From positions 145,341-209,340 of the forward strand of contig NIVC01001840.1 in NCBI GenBank assembly GCA_002269645.1: a DNA stretch of 64,000 nt. Reading direction: 5' to 3'. Source of the DNA: Macrostomum lignano. Lineage: Eukaryota. The notes below the pieces were generated by a model, which saw only the letters and a program-made list of their open reading frames with translations, made no database searches and was not told the origin of the DNA. Both the position numbers and the translations under genes were made by a program. Shown piece after piece: positions 34,996 to 45,500 of the stretch (position 1 is its first letter; each line of letters opens with the position of its first letter).

Positions 34996-37555
34996 GCATT
35001 GCGCGTGCAGTGAAAACCGGCTTAGGCCGGTTATTAGCTATTCGGAAATTAAAACGAGTTAACAGTGCGTTTTACTTAGGAGTCAATAAATAGTATCTGT
35101 AATAAGCATGCTTAACTACTAAAACATTATCGTCGCTTCATATTTATATTCAGTAGAATAGATTCAGTAATTTTAAATACGTTTTTTACTCGTATATCTT
35201 TCGATTTCAAACTAGCTAAAATGACTACGACGTTAAGACGTGTCGCAGTCAGTCATCATTAGCTAAATTAGCTAATTAGGGTTGTTGTCATTAGCTAAAA
35301 CGCGTTGCAAACTAAATGGCTTATTATGAGATTAAATCTGAACACTGCTTAATGAATGGCTAGCGAAAGTCGAGGGTACACCCTAAGTGAGAGCGCGTGG
35401 TGTCTGCTTCCTGTGTGCAAACTTGCCTCCTAAATTTTCGACCTGATTTGCTATGATGACCGAAGCCCGGCATACATATGAACACACTAATTTAGTAAAA
35501 GCTGATGTCGTGCACCTGTCTAACCATAGGAAACAGTACTCGCAACATTCTGTGCTACTTAATTCTCCAGTCTCCTGTAAGCGCGCCTCATCCAAACAAA
35601 AAGATTGAACTCGGAACATCCTACAAGCTGATGTATCCCAGTTCATAATTAGCATAGTAAACCGCAGCAAACAAAAGGGTTAGCATGCATCGATCCCTCA
35701 TTTCGACAGATTGCTCATTAAGACGCGCACAAAATGCTCATACTACTTGCCCATTTGCATCTAGGTCCATTGGCAAAGTCACCATTGAACGATACATGCA
35801 GTGTGTGTATCGAGTCGAGCTTTGAGCATCCGCTCTCAATCTGCTCGCTAACTAGCTAGCTCGTGCACTGCAACTTGAGACAGAAGCGACTCGTATGCGC
35901 AGGCGAACTAATCCTCCGAGTCGCCTCAAACATGTCCTACTCGTGCTTATAATTACTTCTAATCCCTTCTTCTGTATGTCTATACTCGCGGAGTAGCTAT
36001 GCGTGTACTCAGTTGAGTTTGCGAATTCATCCAAAGCTACCACTGCATGTGGCTGCATGTGAGCTATACGTACGCTCACGCATGCACACTGGGCACGAGA
36101 GGGAGAGGGGGGGGAAACGGCTCAGCATCTGGCTGCCGAGCTTTAAAGCAAGTGCTTCAATCCCGTCCTGTGCCCAGCACGCACCATTGAGCTGCCCATG
36201 CTTTTTCTTGATTCGCCCATTTCTTCCATCCCAACGGAGCCCCTCCCTTGGCCTGTACCCTTTTTTGATCTCCGTTTTTGCAGGCTTCCCTCCATCCAAC
36301 ATCCACCGACGGGAATGCCCTACTCTCCTCTCATGCATGCAGGTCTCGAAGCCGCATACAGTAGCTCTTAATCCCTTGCCCCATGCTAGATCTTTCCTTG
36401 TTGGTCCACTTCTTTCTTCGTTAAGTAATACTATGAAAGTGTATATGAACACCTCTTGCATACTTCGCTAGATACCAGCTACATAGCATGTATTCATCTT
36501 CGATTGTATTCGCATTTTCAGAAGTGCAACAACCCCTCTCCTCGCCAAACCGCCCACAAGGCCACTGTAGATTGAACCACGAGCCTGTCCTTACACTTGT
36601 ATTGTGATTGCACCTTACAATCTCATCCAATGGTTGAGTTCCCCAGCGGCTGAGCTTAGCTAGCTTAGCTACTATAATAAGACTTATTTTACCTGCGTAG
36701 GATTGAGGTACGAGCTACCTAGTTACGCCGACGTATTCAGACTCGATAAGGCGCTGTATTGAACCCTGATTATTCGATCAGTTGTGCCAGCATTCACCGC
36801 ATGAGTCATCCGCAGCGTCGCTGCAACTCGGCTACCAGCCGTAGCAGCGCTTCCGGCGACTCGAACCATGAAGGCGGCGGAAGTGGCACGGTCGCAGGTG
36901 GCGCTACCGCAGCTACCGGCGGATGCTTTGAGTCAGTGCACGAACGGGTTGGCAGCTACTTTAAAGTCAAAGGGATTAGAAGAACGTCTAGGTGAGTGCA
37001 TGAAGCTTTACTATAGTATTACTGAGCAAGCACGCGAGAGCTTATAAAAGAGTACTTGATGCGTCGAGTCCATAATTTCCCTCTTGAGTCAGCTAATGAG
37101 TGGGTACATGTAATTCTTGGGTGAGCTTTGAGTTCGAAAAAGTTCATGGCTGAGTTCATCAGTGTGTTCCCTGCAGTGGCTCCTCTGCTCTCGGCCCTAG
37201 CTTTCTCCGACGTGCCCCCGGCATCCCGTTTCGGCCATGCATTGTTGCGCATCAGTGGCATGCTGTTCTGACTATATGCACTTTTTAAAATTAAACCTGC
37301 TCTAATGGGCAGATGTGCAACCGACAGCGGAGCCGAAGCTATTGCGCGGCGCATCTAAAAGGCTGCTTACGGCTTTTAATTCAGTCCAAGGGGGGGGGGT
37401 CGTCACACACCCTCAAATACCCCCAGCTTATATAATAATGCTGGTACCCATTTTTCAGTTAACCTGGGTTAACTGAAGGAATGCAGAGTTATAAGTGTCT
37501 TGATGACTTCATCAAGGACGCAATTGTTACGAGTGGATCGAGAATCGAACCCCCG

Positions 37556-37622
37556 GGAGAGCAACAACCTGCGCCTCCCCGAGGTGCCCTCTGGAGGACC
37601 GAAAGGTTCACGAAATGCAGGT
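37556..37622 (+). ncRNA. HDV-like self-cleaving ribozyme at the LINE 5' end
   Basis: P1 GGAGAGC(37556-62)/GCCCUCU(37586-92) with G1.U wobble and one A.C mismatch; P2 ACCUGC(37567-72)/GCAGGU(37617-22); P3 GCC/GGU; L3 UCCCCGA; P1.1 CC(37577-78)/GG(37593-94); P4 GGACC-GAAA-GGUUC; J4/2 ACGAAAU with catalytic C at 37611. The order of elements is the same as in HDV and CPEB3. Confidence 0.88.
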
Positions 37623-37707
37623 CAGCAACGGGCCCTTCTCGAGGCCCAACACCGCGACGCAGTCTCTTCGCCGCCCAATTGGAATCTGGCGGCCACCTGC
37701 CGATTAA

Positions 37708-40700
37708 ATGACTAGCCGACGCCTGAACCAGCCCGCCGAGCCTCAACGGCGGGCCCCCGGCGGCGCGAGGCGCCCCCCGACCCAGCGGCCCGTGCGCGCG
37801 CGGCCCCCCAGTAGCCTACACCTCCTGCAACTCAACGCAGAGGGCGTCGCCTCCAAGATGTCCGAATTGTGCAAGCTGCTGCTGGATCTGCGCATCGACG
37901 TGGCGTGCCTGCAAGAGACCCACACCACCGAGGGTCGGGATCCGCGCCTGCCAGGGTTCAACGCGATCTGGCGCCACCGACAGAGCGGCCGGCGCTCCGG
38001 CGGCCCCACGCGCGGAGGAGGCGCTGCAATCCTCATCCGCGAGAGGCTGCGCTTCGAGGTGCTGCAGGAGCGCCCCTGCGCCCCCGATGACGTCACCACG
38101 GAGTGGGCCGGCGTCCGGGTTTTCCCCTCTGAAAAGAGCGTCGAGAGCCTGGACATCCACTGCCTCTACATCCCGCCGATCAGAACGGCTGAAGGCGACG
38201 ACCGCGTGCAGCGCTTCAGCCCCCAGCACCTCCCGTCCGGCGTCAACACGGTGATCCTGGGCGACCTGAACGCGCACCATCCGGCCTGGGACCCCGAATC
38301 GGAAGAGTCGGACCTGGGCACGGTGGTCTTCGAGTGGTCCGTGGTGTCCGGCATGCGCGTCCTGAACGACAACAGCGCCACCCACATGCCGCGCCGCGCC
38401 AACACCCGGCAGACGGCGCCTGACGTCAGCCTGTCCCACAAGTCGCTCGCCAACCGGGCCGAGTGGCAGGTCCGGGGAGACGTCGGCTCGGACCACCTGC
38501 CGATCTGCATCACCATCCACAGCCGAGGCGCGGCCAAGCGCGGGGGCGCCGCCCGGCGGTCCTGGGCGAAGGCGGACTGGGCCCGGACCGAGGAAGCCCT
38601 GGCTGGCTGGGAGGCCTGCCCGCCCGAGTCGGTCAGCGAGGCCAACCAGCAGCTGACCACGGCCATCCAGGCGGCCGACAAGGCGTCTGTCCCTCGCGGG
38701 GCGCGGCCCTCCGCGAAGGCCTGGTGGACGCCAGAGGTCGACGACGCCGTGAAGGCTCGCCGCGCCGCGTGGGCCGCCGCCGCCGCCGACCCGAGCGTGC
38801 GGCCTGCCTGGAATCGAGCCTGTGCCGACGCCAAGAAGACGATCGCCGACGCCAAATGCGAGAGCTGGAGGACCTTTGCCGGCGAGGTGGCAGCTGACAG
38901 CGACCACTCCAAGATCTGGAGAGTTGTTCGCTCCCTCGACGGCAGAAATAGCAACCTGCAGCGGGACGCAGCGCTCTGGGTGGGCCAAAAGACGCTCGTC
39001 CAGTCGAAGGACATCGCCGAGGCCTACGCCCGTGAGTATGCCGCCGTCAGCCGCCTCCCTGACGATCTGCACTGAACATCTGCAGCACCTCGGTGCCGCT
39101 GGCCGCCGGGCGGTCCTGCAGCTGATCAACGCGTCCTGGACCCAGGGGGAGGTCCCCGCGGCGTGGCGCCGTGCCCACATCGTGCCGATCCTCAAGAAGG
39201 GCAAGCCGGCCGACGAGATCGGCTTATACCGGCAGATTGCCCTCACCTCCACTCTGGCCAAGCTGGCCGAGCGTCTGGTTCAAGCGCGGCTCTACTGGTG
39301 GGCCGAGTCCCGGCACTTGCTGCACCCCGCCCAAGCCGGCTTCCGCAAGCGGCGCAGCACCGAGGACCAGATTGCCCGCCTCACCCAGCTCATCAGCGAC
39401 GGCCACCAGGCGGCCCCCGCTAGGCGGACGGTCGTCGTCCTGTTCGACTTCCGGTGGGCGTACGACAAAGTCTGGAAGCAGGGCCTGCTGCACAAGCTGC
39501 ACAACGCCGGCATCCCAGCGGCCGGGGTCCGCTGGCTCAGCAGCTTCCTGGCCGATCGCCGCGCTGCCGTCAGGGCGGCTCTTCCGAGAGGGCCTGCCAC
39601 AGGGGAGTGTCCTTGCCCCTCTGCTCTTTGCGCTGTACATCAACGACCTGCCTGACCACCTGCCGTCCGACTGCACGCCGTTCCTCTTCGCCGACGACCT
39701 GGCCATCGCAGTGCAAGGCCTGACCGTGGAAGAGGCCGAGACGAAGGCGCAGGCTGCGATCGACGCGGTCTCCGACTGGGCGACCGAGTGGCGGATGGAG
39801 CTGGCGCCGAACAAGTGCGCCGCTTCCCTGTTCACCACCACCGCTGGAGAGGCCAGCCGCGAGCTGCGTCTGCGGCTGAACGACGCCCCGCTCTCGACGG
39901 ACCGCCAGCCGCGCTTCCTCGGCGTCATCCTGGACCGGCTGCTCAGCTTCACGGCGCACGCCGCCAACGTCGCCGGCCGCGCCCGCGCCCGCTGCGGCGT
40001 TCTGGCGGCGCTGTCTGGCAGCAACTGGGGCGCCAAGCAGAGCGACGTGCGCCAGCTCCACACGGCCTACGTGCGGCCGGTGCTGGAGTACGCTGCCGGC
40101 GCCTGGATGCCGACGGCCTGCAGGACAGCTATCGACCACCTGGACCGGGCCCAGCGCCTGGGCGCGCGCATCATCACCGGGTGTCTACGGAACACCAGGT
40201 CGGAGGTGCTGGAGCGCGAGGCCGAGTTGCCGCCGATGGCAGTCCGCGCGGAGATGCACGCTGGCCTCCTCCACGAGCGCGCCCTCAGGCTGCCGCATGA
40301 CAACCCGCTGCGCGCCTGCGCGGCCAGCGTCGGCCCGCGTCGCCGCCTCCAAAGCGCCCGCGGCTGGCGCGAGACGGCGGCCAGTGTATGCAGCGCTGCG
40401 GGCCTGGGCGGCTTCCCGCGAGAGCCTGTCCACGCTGTCCCGACGACACTTCCCTGGGCTGTTCTGGACTCCGTCACCCTCGGGCTGCAGCTGGCCTCCC
40501 CGACCTCGCGGGGGGACCTGCCGGAGGCCCGGAGAGCCGCGGCGGAGCAGACGCTTGCTGTCCTGCCGCCCGCCAGCACCGTGGTCTGGACCGACAGAGC
40601 GGCGAAGGACGGCATCCTGGACGGCGGCAGCGGCGTCCTGGTCGAGTCCAACACGACGCTGTGCGTCGCTGCTGGCCATGTGACGTCCAGCTTCCACGCC

Positions 40701-41381
40701 GAGTTAGTGGCCATCGCTGAGGCCCTTCGGTGGGTGCTCGCGGCCCCGGACCCGGCAGAGCTGTCGCCGGTCCGCATCTGCTCCGACTCCCTGAGCGCGC
40801 TTAGCGCGCTCGCGTCCGGCCCCGGGTCGACGGGCGCCACCATGATCGACGCCGTCTGGGCCAGCCTCGCCGACCTCGCGGCCCGGGGAACCTCGGTCCA
40901 CCTGCAGTGGGTGCCTGGCCACGCGGGAATCCCCGGCAACGAGGCCGTGGACGAGATCGCCAAGCGAGGCTCCACGCTGGCGCAAGGCACCGCGCCAGTC
41001 CCGCTAGCTTCCGCGCAGGCTGCCGTCCGCCGCCACTGCCTCACCCGCTGGCACCAGATCTACAACGCGGCGGCCACCGAGGCGGCGAGCACGAGCTCGC
41101 TTGCCTGGCACCTTGCCTGCACGGCGGGCCGCCTGCCGCCTCAGCCGACGAGCGACCGCTGCCTGGCCCTGCGGGGCTTCCAGGCCGCCATCGGCGTTGA
41201 CGTGGCCCCCACCTGCCGCTTCTGTGGCGATGGAGAGGAGACGGCGGCCCATCTGCTGATCTCCTGCCCCGCCCTGACATCACACCGCTGCCTCCTCTGG
41301 GGGCCAAGCCCGGAGCGCGCGGCAGTTTTCGAGAACTGCGTCGCGGTGTTGAACTTCCTCGGGAAGGCGGGCGCCATCTGA
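37708..41381 (+). pseudogene. LINE polyprotein (AP endonuclease - reverse transcriptase - RNase H - CCHC), broken by two deletion/frameshifts
   Basis: APE: QLNAEG, CLQETH, LGDLNAHHPAW, SDHLPI (37708-39075). RT: RQIALTSTLAKLAER, QAGFRKRRST, GLPQGSVLAP, LFADD at 39687-39698, RFLGVILD. RNase H: WTDRA, AELVAI, SDSLSAL, QWVPGHAGIPGNEAVD. C-terminal CRFC...H...C. Frame changes near 39070 and 39575. Confidence 0.92.
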
Positions 41382-42503
41382 CGCCCGGTGCCATGGGCCC
41401 TGGCCCGAGCACGCCCGAAGAAGAAGAAGAAGAAGAAGAATCGAACCCCGACCTTTCAGTCGTGAATCCGACGCTCTAACCACTATATCGGTGCTTGAAC
41501 TCAATGCGGGATCTAGGCAAGCGGAGTTCAAGGGGATCGCGAAGAAAATCCTTGGATCCGCCACTGGCTACAGCTAGCTAGTACGTTCAGAGGGCGCAGC
41601 CAGGAATTTTGGAGAGATGGGGTTTGTATATCAAAGCTAGGGGTCAAGAGGGTTGACGACTTTTGACTACCATCCTGTACAGAATTTATTACTCTACAAG
41701 AGAGGGGTCCCGTACAGAAAAGCTCATTACTCCTCTCAAAATGAAGATTGACAAAAATCGAGTTGTGCATCTTTGTAGAGAGATAAATTTTGTACAGCAG
41801 GATGGCGAAGAATAACCATGCAGCTTTCTAGGTTCAAAAATAAATCCAGGGAGCATTAGAAAAAACCAGCCTCCAACAATTTTCTGCAAGATTTGGCCAG
41901 TTTTTCCTCCCTAGTTAAGTACTCCCTGGTGTAGTGTAGAGATTGGCCTTTCATGGCGTTATACTTGAGCATGTATTGATCGGTGGGTTCGTAGCTGACG
42001 GGTGGTGGGGCGGGGGGTCGGAGACAGTGTGATTTTCATAGGTTGTACCCATATCCGCAGCAGGTCTCCAAAGGAAAGCAGAATTTATTGATAATTGATT
42101 ACTGACAATTAAAACGGGTAGGGAATCCCACTTTTTAGCAATCTGAAACCGCAGCAAAACAACGACTATTTAGACGTTAATTATGGAACTGGCGGTAACA
42201 AAAAGCAAAAGAATCAAATAAAAACGTTTTTAATTGTTTTCTACCGCATATTCGTGATTTTTTGTTTTAACGCGACTTTCCATGAAATAATTCTATAAGC
42301 GTCGGCTCCTTAGCGCTTGAGCTGTATAGTGGCATAGTGGCATAGCTAGGCTAGGCCTACTTCATTGTGTTACTATTGCAATTTGCAAGTCTGTGTGATC
42401 TAATCTGATAGTCGCGAACTTCATTTGTTAGACAGCGACTGTTAAGTTTATTGTCAAAATTCGCACTGCGAATTGATTTTGCTATCTATTTTTTTATTGT
42501 AGT

Positions 42504-45500
42504 ATGGCAGAGAGACTCATTTCTTCTACTGGCTACGTACCTGAAGACGGAATGACTGGCGCTCAGCTTTTCGAGAAAGGAGCTGGTATGACATACAAGT
42601 AAGCAACAATAAACAACTTTTATGTCATTCATTTGGTTTGTTAACAATAAAACTTTGAGTTGAATCTTTTAAATAGGCCTAATGGAATATGATTCTTTGA
42701 GTATGAAAACTTCTCATGATGAAAGTTGGTTGATTTTTTGTCAAATAATTTTAGGCCTACTTTAAATAATAACTATGACTGATCATAACCAATCCTAATG
42801 ACCTAAGCAAAGGTAAATTAATAATTTAAATATAATTTTTTATTAAATTTAAACTCTAATTTGGCCTAGCCTAGGCCTATCAAAAAATCTGGTCCTAGTC
42901 CAATTTTGGGTAATCTTTCCTTACCCAACCGTAAATTATTTTCCGGATTAAATTTAATTATTTCCAGAATTATTTCGCCCTCTATTCAAGGGTGGTGGGG
43001 GTGGGGGTTGGAATTAAATGTGCAAAACTACAGGTTAGCCAGCTAATCTATTTGGTTAATATTAAGTTGTCAAATTGTCAAATTGTCAGACCGTAAAACA
43101 TTTTAAATATAAAAAATTCGAAAACACTTAGAAAATAATTTACGGTCGGGTAAAGAAAGATTACCCAATTTTGTCCCAATGCAAAAAAATGCAAAAGCTG
43201 TAAGCCTTTAAATTGTGCATTTTTGTTTTAGATAGTGACAAATAGTAATGGTTCAATGAATATCTAATGACAATGTATTCATATATCTTTGTTCTTTGTT
43301 TATTTTATTGTATTTTATTTTATTTTGTTATTTGTTTGAGACAAATGAATATTTTATTAATTTTATTAATTTGTAGGCCTAAGCATAAAATATTAAGCTG
43401 GTCTAAAAACCTGGACTTCTTAAACTTTAGATAGATAAAATAGTTGCAGTTTTGATAAGATCATAATTTTATCTCTATAAGTATATCCAGGGTCAAGATC
43501 GTGTACCGCTGTACGCCGGAATGAAAATTGCTTCCATAGCTCATGCATGCCAATGTATGCCAAGGAACTTTTTATTGTGTACAAAAACACGCCAAAATAA
43601 AAATTACAAATTACAACTAATATTAAAAGCTTGCAAAATTTAATATTCATTTCAACTATTTTTGTTTTACTTTTACTTTCTTAGAAAAAGTAAACCCATT
43701 TTTTTAAATTTAGTTTTCTATTTTTTTCATTAAAGGGCCGGCTATTCTTTCTGATCAAAATTTAGCTACTATAAATATGTATATGGAGACTATGCCAAAT
43801 GCAAACTTAATCATTTTTGTATGCTAATTATGTAGATTGATTGTTGGGACTTGGAACTTTTAGTCCCACTTGTTGGTCTTGGCAATCTCTATACGCCAAG
43901 CTATACACCAAGAGGGTACGCCAGGCCCCTTTGTACGCCAAGTTGTATGCCAATGTGTAATCTAGGTCCCTCTGTATGCCGGAAAATTCCGGCATACATG
44001 TATACTACCCGGAGTCTAGAAGTATATAAAGATAAAATAAAGATAAATAAGATAAAAAGAAACTGGCAAGACAGGATATAGTAGATATATGTAGGTCAGA
44101 ATCAGAAGTGATAGGTATGTGGGTCAAGTGATAATGGGTTTGATTGTATTATTCCTTCTTAATCTTAGGCAATTACACATTTGGTAGTGAGTAACAGTAA
44201 TTTATCCTTGACCTTGCGGATTAAAGATAAGTCAAATAGTTCATAATAATAGACACTGTAACAATTATGGTTTAGAGCCATTTTTCTCCTCAGTGTTTGT
44301 CTTTGTACATAGATATACATTGGGAAGACTTATCTGGACCCAATCCTCTCTTATTCTACATGTTTGTCTAGGGGTTAGCAAAATGGGTGGCAACGCCTCC
44401 TTGCTATTTCCGGACGCACAGAGCCCCAAGCAGCTAAGTCAAGTCTACATGTATGCTGTATTGGGTATGGGGATTAGAGTTGGGCTATCTGATACATACA
44501 TGCGCAACCCCCCTGATTTACACTGGCCATGCAACTTACTTTTTGACCAAAAATGCGACTTACCTATGAAAGAAACCCTAGAGCAACATTAACACAATTT
44601 TGGGTAAATGTCAAGAGTAACTATGACTCTCTTATAAGGGCTGAATGCCTCATCATCTAATTAGTACTATGTCTGTATTCTTTGGGGTGGGTATTTTTGC
44701 AACTTACCCCTGGTCCACCACAATTTACGGTGGCCAGATCGGCCAGGTCGGCCAGCAGTTGCGCATGTATGATCTGATACCCCTCCCTCCCATCATAGTG
44801 GACTGGAAAAAAGTGCATGCTATCACTATTGGCTAATGGCTAGCCTATCATTCTCTTTTGCTTAACTTCTGTCTTGTGTAGCATATACTATGCAATGTAC
44901 AAGGCACAAAAAGAAGGTTCATAGTCTACCCATGGGCTTCCTCTCACTTTTGTGTACACTCTAGGCCACTTACTCCCAACACCAACCTCAGAGGCTTGTT
45001 TTAAATAATCGATTGATAATATTAAATGTGAACTTGTGGCAAGCTTTCAAGTGTGTTTAGATCCTAACAGAAGGGAGAGAAAGTGGCTAAGGCCACATCA
45101 CACCCTACAAGGCGGGCAGGCCAGCCCAAGCACTCAAACAAATGATAAAATAAAATTAGAAAAATACAATTTATGCTTCAACTCTCATAGGTCATAATAC
45201 AAAAGTTACAATAATAATAGGTATAGTATTAATGACAGTGTATTTTTGCACAAAAGTAGCTATTTTCAAACCACCAGCATGTAAACAGCTAAAATTTTAC
45301 TGTTTAATATTTTTATGAATTTTTATATAATTTAACAAAGAATTTTAGATATTAAAAACTTAAAGAAAGGTATTATTATTGCATGTGGATGTGACTAAAA
45401 TTGTGGTAGGTATAAGATGATGAAACTGGTGATTAAAATCTAGCTACTTTTGATAACTTAGCCAGTTGTACCCTGATATATTGTAATGTTGGAGCCAAAT

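Larger units (their letters stand above)
37554..41440 (+). mobile_element. Full-length single-ORF Ingi-like (I-group) non-LTR retrotransposon with 13-bp TSD and (GAA)n tail
   Basis: TSD agaatcgaacccc at 37541-37553 and 41437-41449. Structured 5'UTR of ~155 nt, GC-rich body, short 3'UTR and (gaa)n at 41417-41440. No separate gag-like ORF1. Confidence 0.93.
37302..41495 (-). mobile_element. tRNA-derived SINE copy split in two (37302-37553 and 41437-41495) by the LINE insertion
   Basis: Rejoining the halves at the TSD gives tagtggttagagcgtcggattcacgactgaaaggtcggggttcgattctcgatccactc...gcgtccttg...caagacactt...aaaatgggtaccagc...tgcacatctgcccattag, colinear with 51791-52075. Confidence 0.9.

Noticed and set aside
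35383-36630. Several 70-150 aa ORFs
   Set aside because: No recognisable motifs, frames are inconsistent, and there is no splice support.
37700-37830. 2A (DxExNPGP) peptide at the LINE N-terminus, as in some Ingi-type elements
   Set aside because: No NPGP motif in the frames read.
37743-41412. Many long antisense and alternate-frame ORFs over the LINE
   Set aside because: Shadows of a very GC-rich coding sequence; no motifs.
42488-42506. Acceptor-like tttttttattgtag 1 nt before the IMPDH ATG as a spliced-leader trans-splice site
   Set aside because: Equally explained by an ordinary 5'UTR intron, and cannot be distinguished without transcripts. An AUG-ending leader would be out of frame here.
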